Positions 1-13,700 of a stretch of 60,775 bases of DNA are shown here, piece by piece (within the stretch, counting starts at the first letter, position 1; the number at the start of each line of letters is the position of its first letter). A model generated the notes under the pieces. It had not been told where the DNA came from. It saw only the letters and a program-made list of their open reading frames with translations, and did not search any database. Origin of the DNA: Priapulus caudatus (Eukaryota). The stretch spans positions 567,568 to 628,342 of the forward strand of contig NW_014577064.1 in NCBI RefSeq assembly GCF_000485595.1, given 5' to 3'. A program made the position numbers and the translations under genes.

Positions 1-269
1 GGATTGGTCTCATGACTTCCGATATTTTATAGAAGCCGCGTGCCACGGCGCGCAGAAAACAAGTGAATAAGCCGAGCGGTTTTCGAATAAGGTGACCTAG
101 AGTCAATCAACTGGAGTACGTAGTCACGACTGTCTAAAGACCTGTTACTGATGTACCACATGTCCCAATCTGAACTCGTGTACGCCACATTTGATGCCAT
201 TAGCTCTTTATACAAAGTAAGACACCAGGCCTAAGTACATACATTTTTCACTGTCCCACCAGGTTAGTT

Positions 270-900
270 ACCACATGTCATTACTGTGTAACCATTGTCA
301 TCACCTGTCGTACATGATCATCACTGTGTAACATGTCATTATACTGTGGTACCATGTCATCCACTGTGTACCATGTCATTTACTGTGTACGCATGTCAAT
401 CTACTTGTGTGTACCATGTCATTACTGTGTACCATGTCATCACTGTGTACCATGTCATTACTGTGTACCATGTCATTACTGTGTACCATGTCATCACTGT
501 GTACCATGTCATCACTGTGAGACCAATTCAATATACTGGTGTACCATGTCATTACTGTGTACCATGTCATTACTGTGTACCATGTCATCACTGTGTACCA
601 TGTCATTACTGTGTACCATGTCATTACTGTGTACCGAGCCATGTCATTACTGTGTACCATGTCATTACTGTCGTACATGTCATTACTGTGATACCCATGT
701 CATTACTGTGTATCGCGATGTCATTACTGTGTAACCCAGTCATTACTGTGTTCACGTCAATTACTGTGTACTCATGTCAATTACTCGTGTACATGTCCAT
801 ACTGTGTGTCACGTCATTACTAGTGTCCATGTCAATTAGCTCGTGTACCAATGTCAATTAACTGTGTGTCCAGTGTCAATAATGGTGGTGGTCATGTCCA
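270..900. repeat. 18-bp minisatellite (GTACCATGTCATTACTGT)n, degenerating at both ends
   Basis: Visible tandem units. Spurious ORFs show a 6-aa period (VPCHYC / YHVITV). Confidence 0.9.
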
Positions 901-1174
901 TCATGTAGTACTGCGCAGTCATCATAGTGTGTGATGTCATCACCGTGTGTGACACATTATCATGGTGTGTGTCACATCTTTATTGTATGCATGTCTCATG
1001 CGACCACTGTATGTGTGTAATGTCATCACTGTAGCGTACCGATGTCAGCAGGTGACACCAGTAACATGTTTGTCACAGGTACCGATGTCAGCAGGTGACA
1101 CCAGTAACATGTTTGTCACCATGTAGATTCGTGTGTCACCAGGTAGTGCCTACAACGTATTTCTCACTGCATAG

Positions 1175-1368
1175 ATGCGCATGTGGCCTCACTTGAGTCC
1201 GGAGGAGCAACAGGAGTGCATACAGAATGAAGAGTCGACCGTCTACAGTCAGGCGATACACTATGCAAACCGTATCGTCTACTTGCGGGTGCCGCTTGAC
1301 ATCTCCAAGGGAATCCGCTCACCGATGTCATTCGAAGAGAGCACCAGCAACAGTAACTTCACAAATAG
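1175..1368 (+). CDS. SBF2: Duplicate copy of Sbf exon MRMWPHL...SNFTN, lying upstream of the exon that should precede it
   Basis: Identical to 4793-4986. AG at 1173-74, GT at 1369. Part of a ~1 kb direct duplicate (~1037-2057 = ~4650-5675). Confidence 0.6.
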
Positions 1369-3611
1369 GTGAGAAGCCGTGGGAGCTAGACTGGTTCCAT
1401 GCATTAATTTTCATTCGCTCGCGCATGCGTGGTGGTGATAGGTTATTGAGTGGTAACCAGTCTATTGAGCAAGATATGTGTGTGAGGTGAAGCCATGTGT
1501 ACAACTCCGCTTACTAAGTGGATTAGGCTTAGCGTAGTATGGCAGAAGACTATTTCATTGCTGATGTGGGTCATGGCGTTCTGCAGCCAAAAAACGCACT
1601 ATTATTTATGGAAACTATCTAAAAATGTAGGATCAATAAGGAACGATGCTAGTGCTGCTATAGTCTAGCATCTATTGGTGTAAAATACCTCCCGTCGTAC
1701 TAATAAGGCGTTCACTTGTGCTCAGCTGTATAAGGTATGAATGCCTCATGCGCTCGATATTGACAGAGGTCATTTATGAAGTTAAGGGGCCGGCAGGCAG
1801 AGCGGGGAGCAGCTGGGACCCAAACCGGGTTAGTGTGCAATTCTTCTTCACACGGTTTAGAACGTGTGCACGTTCAGGGTTCATACTGGTCCTGGAAAAA
1901 ATGGAGTCTTGCAAAACAGGCCGTGTTCTTAGAAAGTTCTGATAGATAGCTTATTATTGTCTTTGGTCCTACAGTCCTATAGAGAGTCATTGAAATGGAG
2001 TTCCATCTTGACTGACAGGTTATAAGACTTGTATCATGCAAGCGTTTGCTAATTGGACGATACGAGATACTATGATTATATCAGGAGTGAATAATAGAGA
2101 TTATTCTAATTATCTCACTCTTGCTTGTCCGAAAAATGTTGTAGTGTGCGGCATCGCATAGTAGCTGTTGAACAGACTTATAATGCAGATCGTGAATGAT
2201 GTCCAATGTGTTTTTGTCAATGTTATGTTTCACGCTTGCGTTCTCGATTTCAAATTTGTAAAATGGTGATAATTATGGCGTGATATCCTTCAGGTAAAAC
2301 AGTAATAGGCTATAAATAATATAGGCTATTTGCTCATTAATGCTATAAATAAAAATGTAGGTACTCGCTAACATGACTGAAACCACCGGCTCGGAGGGCC
2401 GGTGTTTTGCCAATGTTACTGGCCCTCCAAATAATTTGCCGGCATATGCCGGTGGGCCGGTGCTAATTTTGCGCCCTGTGCCTTCTTGTGTGCATGTATT
2501 GCGCAGACCAACTACTAACGCGGCTAGAGGCTATGATTTAATGTTATCGTTTTTCGAATGACGTGAGATGTTGATTTTCTTGTCTGTTTCTTTGACGTGG
2601 CATGCAGACCTATGCTGGATGCCAGACTTCAACACGAGTGAGCATTTTGTTCATTTACGGTCACGTTTTTTCGCTCTGCTCTGCAAAATGCCTTGCCGGC
2701 GGCTTCCCGCCGCCTCACGCATCTAATAGATAGAGGTTGCTTCATTTCAGCCAAGCAGCAGTAAATGCAACGGGGTGGTGCAACTTGGCTGTTTGTTTCG
2801 ATTGCTTTGCCAGCAGATGTTGTGTTTTCTGGCTATGCGACTACCGGACGGTTTTAGGTCTGCAGATCAGCGCATGATGCTTTAATGATCATTTCGCTGT
2901 CGCTTCGTAGCGGGTTATGACAGTTATCCACGATGGCATTGTAGCTTATAACAGCACAGGATGTTGCATATATGCTTCTAGCACGAGTGCATGCGTGCTT
3001 TAATTAGCAATTATCGCTTCTAATACCAACACTATTGTTTGTTAACCAGCAATATTGAATAATCATGGATATAACGTTTAGTATACTGTGTGTTATTTTT
3101 TACATGATACATTACACGTGAAACGAATACTTATAAATTGCCAGACTGAGTGCTGTGTACATTGCTTCTCTACGATGACTACTGTGTAAAATAATATACA
3201 AAAAAACGTTTTCATCAATTGCCATGTAACGCAACCGCCACGCTTAGTGTTTAAATCATAGACGATGCATTCACTGATTTACCCAACCATTAGCAATTAC
3301 ACTAGAATGTGTTTTTACCATCAATAGATGCATTTTTGTGTATTGATTGCTACACTCTAGTGAGGGTTGGGACAATGCCAACAACTTTGCTTGTTAAAAG
3401 CCCTGTTACACATACCAAAATAACAACTTCTAAGATGCTGTCCTCGATAAACCAAAAATAACGATTTTTGTGTTTTATATGACTTTATGGTGATCGAACA
3501 AAACAATATATATGGTCAGAGTGCTCAGACTCGAATGTATTTGTTTCACATGTAATGTTAGTTTAAAAAACAAATCGACATTAAAAATTGGCAAAATTTA
3601 ATAATTGTTAT

Positions 3612-3684
3612 ACTGAGTGAACACTAACATGCCCTTGCTACACTGAGTGAACACTAACATGCCCTTGCTACACTGAGTGAACAC
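3612..3684. repeat. 30-bp tandem repeat (CACTGAGTGAACACTAACATGCCCTTGCTA)
   Basis: About 2.4 units here. A longer array of the reverse complement is at 6480-6800. Confidence 0.8.
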
Positions 3685-3699
3685 AATGCAATGATGGCA

Positions 3700-3806
3700 G
3701 TGATACTTCAGTGTCATTCAGTAGAAGTGACAGTGCCAGACGGCTGATAGCTGTGATACTGCAGTGTCATTCAGTAGAAGTGACAGTGCCAGACGGCTGA
3801 TAGCTG
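3700..3806. repeat. 53-bp tandem duplication just upstream of a splice acceptor
   Basis: GTGATACT..CAGTGTCATTCAGTAGAAGTGACAGTGCCAGACGGCTGATAGCT starts at 3700 and again at 3753. Confidence 0.8.
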
Positions 3807-3819
3807 TATTGAATTGCAG

Positions 3820-3945
3820 AAGCAATCACCACTGGGCAGCAACTGGGGTGCTGATGCCTTCCGGACTGGCATCACGGCCGAGAACAGGCGATCTGTCCTA
3901 ATGCGACCGCCACAGAAAAAAGCCTTAGAGATTGCAGCCGAGCAG
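3820..3945 (+). CDS. SBF2: Sbf exon [10 protein letters not shown]...[10 protein letters not shown]
   Basis: ttgcag| ... |gtaagt. 126 nt, phase 0/0. The AAEQ end joins the MRMWP exon as in SBF2 (AAEQLRLWP). Confidence 0.85.
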
Positions 3946-6900
3946 GTAAGTCCGATCTGTTAAATATTCACAGATCCGTGACCTGAGCTAATCCATGGGA
4001 GTGAAAAATGTTCTGACTTTTAGTGGGGTGATGGTGAGGGAGGGGGTGCAGCTGCTAGTCAACGTACATAGTGTGGTGGGGTGGGGTGGGGGTGTGGGGG
4101 GGTTAGGTAGCGAGAGTTTCGTGGATGACTACATGATGATTGACACTTATTTCAGGGTTATTTAGATTCATTATGCTTTATTTTTTATTTCTCTAAAGTT
4201 TACAGGTGGCGGTATCCGTGTGCCTTCACCAGAGCCCATGGGCCTGATTGATGATGGGGTGCCCTGATATAATCATTGCCCTTATAAAGGAAAAAGGACG
4301 AGTCGACTGGCCCCATTGCTCATATGTACTTTACTACCCCATGAGCTGCTGCTTCCCGAGATTTAAAACCTCGTTCGTGCAATCTCCTGGTTGATACTCA
4401 TGATTTGACATCCCGCAATGCATAGCTCCCCATTTACTTTGATCCTGCCACAAAAAATAGACCCCCCCCAAAAAAAAACTGCTTATGCCATCAGCCATCC
4501 ATACCCGTTTGTGCCATTCCATATATTAGGAAGTAGCTAACACACTTATTAGGAAGTAGCTAATGAGAAAGGCACTAGCTACATGTTTGTCACCATGTAG
4601 GTACCGATGTCAGTAGGTGACACCAGTAACATGTTTGTCACCATGTAGATACCGATGTCAGCAGGTGACACCAGTAACATGTTTGTCACCATGTAGATAC
4701 CGATGTCAGCAGGTGACACCAGTAACATGTTTGTCACCATGTAGATTCGTGTGTCACCAGGTAGTGCCTACAACGTATTTCTCACTGCATAGATGCGCAT
4801 GTGGCCTCACTTGAGTCCGGAGGAGCAACAGGAGTGCATACAGAATGAAGAGTCGACCGTCTACAGTCAGGCGATACACTATGCAAACCGTATCGTCTAC
4901 TTGCGGGTGCCGCTTGACATCTCCAAGGGAATCCGCTCACCGATGTCATTCGAAGAGAGCACCAGCAACAGTAACTTCACAAATAGGTGAGAAGCCGTGG
5001 GAGCTAGACTGGTTCCATGCATTAATTTTCATTCGCTCGCGCATGCGTGGTGGTGATAGGTTATTGAGTGGTAACCAGTCTATTGAGCAAGATATGTGTG
5101 TGAGGTGAAGCCATGTGTACAACTCCGCTTACTAAGTGGATTAGGCTTAGCGTAGTATGGCAGAAGACTATTTCATTGCTGATGTGGGTCATGGCGTTCT
5201 GCAGCCAAAAAACGCACTATTATTTATGGAAACTATCTAAAAATGTAGGATCAATAAGGAACGATGCTAGTGCTGCTATAGTCTAGCATCTATTGGTGTA
5301 AAATACCTCCCGTCGTACTAATAAGGCGTTCACTTGTGCTCAGCTGTATAAGGTATGAATGCCTCATGCGCTCGATATTGACAGAGGTCATTTATGAAGT
5401 TAAGGGGCCGGCAGGCAGAGCGGGGAGCAGCTGGGACCCAAACCGGGTTAGTGTGCAATTCTTCTTCACACGGTTTAGAACGTGTGCACGTTCAGGGTTC
5501 ATACTGGTCCTGGAAAAAATGGAGTCTTGCAAAACAGGCCGTGTTCTTAGAAAGTTCTGATAGATAGCTTATTATTGTCTTTGGTCCTACAGTCCTATAG
5601 AGAGTCATTGAAATGGAGTTCCATCTTGACTGACAGGTTATAAGACTTGCATCATGCAAGCGTTTGCTAATTGGAACAAATTTTGAATCGAGACGCAAGC
5701 GTGAAAACATAACATTGACAAAACACCATTGGACTCTTTCACGATCTCATTATAAGTCCTGTTCAACCAGCCTACTATGCGATGCGCACACTACAACATT
5801 TTTCGGACAAGCAAGTGAGGTAATAGAATAATGCTCTATTATTCACTCTTGTATATATCATAGATCTCGTATCGNNNNNNNNNNNNNNNNNNNNNNNNNT
5901 GTGTCAGTTATCACCCGCTTATAAGCAAGCGCGCATGTTATCACACACGTGTCGTTATCACCCGCCGATAGCAAGCGCATGTTATCACACACGTGTCGCA
6001 GTGTATCACCCGCTATACGCAGCACTTTATCAAACATGTGTCAGTTTATCACCCGCTATAGCAAGCGACATGTATACTTCACACACTGTGTGTCAGTTAT
6101 TCACCCCGCTATTAGCAAGCGCATGTTATCACAACACGTGTCAGTTATCACCCGCTATAGCAGCGCTGTTATCACACAGCGTGTCAGGCTTATCAACGCT
6201 ATAGCAAGCGCTGTTATCAAAATGTGTTCAGTTATCACCCGCTATAGCAAGCGCATGTTATCACACACGTGTCAGTTATCACCCGCTATAGCAAGCGCAT
6301 GTTATCACACATGTGTCAGTTATCACCCGCTATAGCAGCGCATGTTATCACACACGTGTCAGTTATCACCCGCTATAGCAAGCGCATGTTATCACAATGT
6401 CGTCAGGTCTATCACCCGGCTTATAGCAAGCGCATGTTATCACACATGTGTCAGTTATCACCCGCTATAACAAGTGTATGTTGGTGTTCACTCAGTGTAG
6501 CAAGGGCATGTTAGTGTTCCTTCGTATACAAGGGCATGTTCTGGTGCTTCACTCAGTGTAGCAAGGGCATGTTGTGTTCACCTCAGTGTTAGCAAGGGCT
6601 GTTAGTGTTCACTCGTTAACAAGGGCATTGTTAGTGTGCACTCAGTATAACAAGGACATGTTGGTGTTCACTCAGTGTAGCAAGGGCATGTTAGTGTTCA
6701 CTCAGTATAACAAGGACATGTTGGTGTTCACTCAGTGTAGCAAGGGCATGTTAGTGTTCACTCAGTGTAGCAAGGGCATGTTAGTGTTCACTCAGTATAA
6801 CAATTATATAATTGTGCAATTTTAATGTCGAATTTTGTTTTTTAAACCTAACATTACATGTGAAACAAATGACATTCGAGTCTGAGCCACTCTGGACATA

Positions 6901-7732
6901 ATTATTGTTTTGTTCGATCACAAAGTCCATAAAAACACAAAAAATTCGTTTATTTTTGTTTATCGAGGACCAGATCTTGAAGTTGTTATTTTGTGTATCG
7001 TGTAACAGGGCTGTTTAAACAAGCAAAGTTGTTGGCATTGTCCCCAACCCTCACTAGAGTGTAGCAATCAAATACACAAAAATGCATCTATTGATGGTAA
7101 AACACATTCTAGTGTTAATTGCTAATTTGTTGGTTAATCAGTTGAATGCATCGTCTATGATTTAACACTAAAGGTAGGCGGTTGCGTTACATGGCATTGA
7201 TGAAAACGTTTTTTTTGTTATATTATTTTACACACGTAGTTCATCGTTAGAGAGCATATGGTAACACAGCACTCAGTCTGCAATTTCATAAGTATTCGTT
7301 TCACGTGTTAATGTATCATGTAAAAATAACACAGCAGTTACTACGTTATATCCATGATTATTGTCAATATGCTGGTTAACAACAAATGTGATTGTATTTA
7401 GAAGCGATAATTGGCTATTAACGCCGGCATGCACTCGGTTGCTAGAAAGCATATATGCAACATCCTGTTGCTTGTTATAAGCTCAATCGCCATCGTGGAA
7501 CTGTATTACCGCTGACGACTAGCGACAGCGAAATGATCATTAGCATCATGCGCTGATTGAGACCCTATAAACCGTCCGGTAGTGGCATAGCAGAAAACAC
7601 ACACTGCTGGAAAGCATCGAATACAAACAGCCATAGTTGTCACTCACCCGCGTTGCATTTTTACTGTCTTGTCTGAAATCGAAGCAACTCTCTATTATTA
7701 GATGCTGTGAGGCGGCGGGAAGCGCAGCCCCC

Positions 7733-7766
<34 letters not shown>

Positions 7767-10700
7767 ATGGCTTTTGCAGAGCAGAGCGAAACGTTGCGTA
7801 ATATGGAACAAAATTTGCTCATCGTGTTGAAGATATGGCATCCAGCATAGGTCTGCATGCCACGGTCAAAGAAACAGACAAGAAATGCAACATCCTCACG
7901 TCATTTCGAAAAACGATAATCATTTAATCATAGCTCTAGCCGCGTTTAGTAGTTGGTCTGCGGCACCTAATGCACACAAGAAGGCCACAGGGCACAAAAT
8001 TAGCACCGGTGCCACCGCAATATGCCGGCAAATTATTTGGAGGGCCAGTAACTGATGCGCAACACCGGTCACTCCGGCCGGTGATTTCAGCCGTGTTAGC
8101 GAATACTACATTTTATTTTAGCATTAATGAAGCAATAGCCTACATTACTGTTTTACCTGAAGGATATTCACGCTCATAATTATCACATTTTAACAAATTT
8201 TGAAATCGAGAACCAAGCGTGAAAACATAAACATGACAATAAACACATTGGACATCATTCAGCGATCTGCATTATAAGTCTGCTTCAACCAGGCCTACTA
8301 TGCGATGCCGCACAACTACACATTTTTCGGACAAGCAAGAGATTGGTAATTAGAAATAATCTCTATTATTCACTCTTGATATAATCATAGTATCTCGTAT
8401 GTCGTCGCAATTAGCAACGCTTGCATGATACAAGTCTTAATAACGCTGTCAGTCAAGATGGAACTCAACATTTCAATGACTCTCTATAGGACTGTTAGGA
8501 CCAAACAATAATAAGCTTGATCTATCAGACTTTCTAGAACGGCTCCTGTTTTGCAGACTGCCATTTTTTTCCAGGACAGTATGAACCCTGAACGTGCACA
8601 CGTCTAACACGTGTGAAGAGAATGCCACACTAACCCGGTTTGGCGTCGCCAGCTGCTCCCCGCTCGGCCTGCCGGCCTTAACTTTCATAAATGACCTCTG
8701 TCATATTCGAGCGCATGAGGCATTATACCTTATAAGGAACTGAGCAAAGTGACGGAGGCCTATATTAGTACGAGGGAGGTACGTGTGTGATAACATGCGC
8801 TTGCTATAGCGGGTGATAACTGACACATGTGTGATAACATGCGCTTGCATTTCAGCGTTGCTGAGAGTGACAGCTTTGATGCGGAATCTGGTTTTGAGGA
8901 GGACACATCTGAGGTTGGTGCGCAGATTATTCGCTTCTGCTCGCGCTTCGTGGACAAGGTCTGCACAGAAGCCGGCGTCACAAACGAACACATCCAGTCT
9001 CTCCACCAGATGGTACCAGGTAGGCAGGGTTTGTGTGGAACCTGAAAAACCATGAAGTCCAGTAGTTTTATCATGTTGCTTTTCCAGGTCTGGGAAGTCC
9101 TTGAATAAGGTGTTAGTTCTGGAAAATCTTGGAAACAAGGTTATGGTCCTGGAAGGTTCTGGAGAATGGCTATACTTGTCGTCATGTTTGATCTTAGAAA
9201 TGTCTTAAAAATTGAGCACTTGTTTATTTTCATTGAGAGTCAATAAAATTTCCTTTATGCAAGACTTCATTCCCTAATTATTTATTGGATGATACACTAT
9301 GCACCAGGATTCTAGTTGACTAGGATCTCTCACTCATGTAAAATGGATCTTTTAACCCTGGAAAGCTGTATAAACGTCTTGCCTTTGGTGTCTGAACCGT
9401 GGTTAGGAAAGTATGACTGGGGCTGTGTTGATGTAAAGTCATGTTATGATGATACAGTTGAAGTTGATGTGCATATTGATTTTTAAATCATTACTAAGTT
9501 ACTTCTCCCAATTTCTTACATTAACGAGTTGTGTTTTTGTACATGAACCGACAGAAAATTATGTTCACATTTTTTAAATGTTGAAATGAAAAAGTCACGT
9601 GTTACCTGAAGTCATCTACTAAAAATGTTTATTGTGAGTGTGTAACATAGCATGTCCTGTTAAAGTACTACACAAAACAAAATATTATCTCTCCTGATGG
9701 ATAAAACTATGAACTTGGACCACTTTTCGCTATGAAAAAATGTACATGTGTGTTGGAATTTCTTGAAAGTTTGGTGAAATAAGATGCATGATCCAGTAAC
9801 TAGATCATATTAAAGTTGATTCAGTTAGTCTTTAAATTTGTAACAGATGTGTGTGTTTTGTAGCAAGTAGGAGGACCTTCATAGAGCTCATTCGTGTTTC
9901 AAAAGTTTCACACATTGTTGCTTTAACTGCTGTGAAACTGTTTTCGCAGGTGTTGTTACTATGCACATTGAAACGCTTGAAGCTGTGTTCAGAGAATGTA
10001 AGCGATTGCCACCTATACAGAAGGTAAGAGTACTACCGTTCACTTGAAACTGACTGGCATCGTGTGAAATAGTGCAGCGTTCAATTTCTTTCTTAGCAAG
10101 CATCAATCAGAAAAGATTAAACACAATTTTTTTATGATCCTATGAGAAGTAATTACACTACTTGTTTTGTGGTGTGACAACAAATGTTGTTGTTTGAAAT
10201 TGTTGGGGCAATGTTGTTTTGCGTGCCTGTTGCAGCCCAAGATACTGACACCAAGCCTGCTTAGTGGAGAAGAGATAGTCATGGGCGGACTTCGTGTCTT
10301 CCTTGTGCCTGATGGACGTGACGTTGCAACGGGTGCTAACGGCGGACCACAGCTCCTGCCAGCAGAGGGCGCCATATTCCTCACGACTTACCGTGTTATC
10401 TTCAAGGGCACACCCTGTGATCCTTTCGGTTAGTCCGCAGTGGTTTCTTTTAGAGTGTGTGTGTGCGTGCGTGCGTGCGTGCGTGCGTGCGTGTGTAGCA
10501 GGCAGTGAGCCTTAGGCTGTGAGTTTAAGTCTAGTTTGAGGGTATGTGGGTAGCGAGTGATGGTGGGTGGGCAGGGTGTGATGAGGTGGCTACATGTAGT
10601 GAATACTTACAAGAGTAAATCTCTATTCTTGCATGAACAGCCTGCGAGCAGATTGTGATAAGATGCTTCCCCATCGTGTCGCTGACTAAGGAGAAGAAGA

Positions 10701-13700
10701 TTGGCAGTCAGTACTTGACCCACATAGAGCAGACAATGGCAGAAGGGCTTCAACTTAGATCCAATACATTCCAGGTATGTTTAAAAATACAGCATATCAC
10801 GTACCAGATCACTGAATTTTGGCAATTGTTTTTTAAAATACAAGTGTGCTATATATACGAGTAAGTATGCTATCTATGCCATGTCAAGATTAGACTGTTT
10901 ACATGTCTAACCCATCAAGTGGGTCTTAATACAATTATTGCATGCTTGCTAACATGCAATTTTATAGAGTGAGGAAATCAATGATGCCTGAGGGCATAGG
11001 TTGAGAGTAACCGCGATTTTCGAGGTCTACAAAAGTTCATGTTGCCCGAACCAGCAGGCAATTGTTTTGGTATATTTAAGATTAGTAGTAAATAAGGCTT
11101 TTGCTAGGGTCAGGTCAATTGACCACTTTCTGACATTCCACTAAAAGAACAAGGACAATTCAACATGGTATACTAGCCTTGGTCTACCTACATATTTTAA
11201 GCATAACTTAATAAACATGAACTCAAATAATACATTAAATATTAAATAACCCTTTTCCCCTAATAATTTTTCTGATACATAATCACAATCCAGAGAAATG
11301 GGCTAAAAACGCCGGCATTCAAACATTGTATATTTTTCACTCCTATGTTTGCTGCACATCATGGCAGCATTTTATTTTAATATTTCTGTTCTCATGGTTA
11401 ATATCTCATATTTCATATATGTATGTATTTATAATGTAAAGAATAATTGTTGAAACTAGTAAAACACTCATATATCTAGTATAATCATTGTACCTCATTA
11501 TAGTTGATCAAGGTTGCATTTGATGAGGAAGTGGACTCTGAGAATATAGAACACTTTCGCAAGATGCTACATCGGGTGTCGATGCCACAGACTGTCTACC
11601 AGATGTTTAGCAACATTGCTGCCCAGCCCCCAACCCCTCTGCATCGCGAAAAAATGGCGAAAAATGCTACGCTCAAGTAAGTGTTCGTACTGTCACATAT
11701 ACCACAGTCCGTTCACCTACGTGTGCACATCACTCCTCACATAGCTCCCACTCGTGTAACTTATTTACAGAGATGCCAACCACTACGATTTATCCGTATT
11801 TTATACGAATTTCGTTTGCATTTTGACCAATACGACCAGTTTGCATACAACTACGATTTTTATTACGATCGAAAAAAAATCATTTTGATGACATTTCCCA
11901 AACTCGGGTCACTGCGTGACCCTCGGACTACAGATTGCAGACATCCGCACTACAGTTTGCTCAGAAAAGTGTTGGCATCTCTGCATATATGATAAACTGG
12001 CTTATGATAAGTTAGTTAAATATTATTAGATTTTGTTACTGCTGACTGCTAACACAGTCAAACAGTATTGTATGTATCTAATATTCATTATCAGTGTTAT
12101 ATTTGATCACAATCAATCGTCAACTGGTTGAGTGCCACCTGTGATCGATGAATGAAATTCCAACCTATTCTCATCATTACCTGTCCCTAATGTTGATTGC
12201 TACAATATACTTAACTACAACTACATTATACTTAACTACAACTTGTATAACTATGTGATATAAGTGGTTAAAATGTATATATTACAGAGGATAGCTGTAA
12301 AAGGTAACAGACCAGTTTACAATTCATAGTTCATTTTCTAACCTGTGGTTAAAATTGATAATTTGCTAAAAATGTTGTGGCAGTACACTACCTTACCTCT
12401 TTTAGAATGATATGTTATGCACAGTTAAAAACACGTCTTGCTGCTCGCAGGGCAATGGCGAAAAAGACGATCACAAAGACGGCGCGTCGCGTCGGTCTGA
12501 AGCAGAAGCAGTCGTCGAAGCGGCAGAAGTACGTGTTGCCGACGCCCGTCATCCCCCGCCGCATCGTCACAATGTCGCAGACGTCGTACGAGAGCGACGC
12601 GTCGGCCAGCGGCGGTGAACGCCCGCTCAGCTCCAACTTTGAGGACGAACTCTCCGGTGAGCGGCTGAAGATGCGTGAAATGTTCAAGCGGCGTGATGCT
12701 TGTCGGGAATGTCGTGCGAAGTAGGATATGGCCGTCGAAAGTCGTGCAAAATTATCTGTGATTATGTATGGTCTTAAAAAGGCCTTGGAATTGAGCGCAT
12801 GCTTATGTTATCTTAGAGGCAAATTTGCTGTGGATGGCATGTCGCGACACTATATCTTACGGGCTACAGATTCCTTAAGCCCGGCGCACATTGCCGAACA
12901 TTTTGCTCAAAAACATTATCGTAGCAATGTTCCATGAAATGTTCGGCAATGTGCATGCGGTGAAAAAAGTCGCAGAACATTTGTGCCGAACAATGTTTCT
13001 GAAGATCGGAAATGTTTGATATCTCGAACATTGTTCGTCGAATGTTCGTCAATGTGCGCTGAATGTCGAACAATTCTAGAAACATTTGTAAAGTAGTAAC
13101 CAATAGCAGCACGATATGTGGTCACATGATTTTTGTGTACAATATGGCATCGCCATTCACGCCGATCACGTGACTCTTTACAACACAGCTACTAGACGGC
13201 GCCACGAGGTTGTTCGCTGCAAAATGTTCGGCAATGTGCGCTCTGCAATTGTTCACCCGCACATTGCCAGACAAAAAAATTTGTTCGGACGAACATTTGT
13301 TCGGGAAAATGTTCGGCAATGTGCGCCAGGCTTTACGCACCACAGATTTGTCTCGGCTCTACAGTCAGTATGCTAGTATCACACCTGACCAAATATTTCG
13401 GTCAAACATCCTGTCTTATTGCATACGGTCTTTGATAATATACAATATAATGTAGTATTATATGAAACACATGATATATACTCTGTATAATCTGCTTCTG
13501 GTACAACCTATGAATATATATCAGGGGTAGAAATTAACTTTTGAACAAGAGAGTCCAATGGACTCCCTACCCTCAAAAAGAGGGAGTCCGCAGCAAAATG
13601 AGGGAGTCCGCAGTCTGAGGTTCAAAATTAAAGATATTAACAATAACGCATGTGCTTATTTGTAAGATTTATGCAGTTGCACGTCTGCCAAATTTCCTTT

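Noticed and set aside
27..215. 62-aa minus-strand ORF
   Set aside because: No recognisable motif or splice context. Short ORF at the window edge.
295..861. Cys/His-rich ORFs (VPCHYC)n resembling metal-binding proteins
   Set aside because: Translation of an 18-bp minisatellite that is open in several frames on both strands.
5900..6800. CRISPR-like look of the 30-bp and 44-bp repeats
   Set aside because: Head-to-tail units without unique spacers, no cas genes, eukaryotic intron context.
9025..9401. Possible CAGGGTT-ended DNA transposon fragment (related pieces near 1875 and 24960)
   Set aside because: Ends too degenerate to define TIRs or a TSD confidently.
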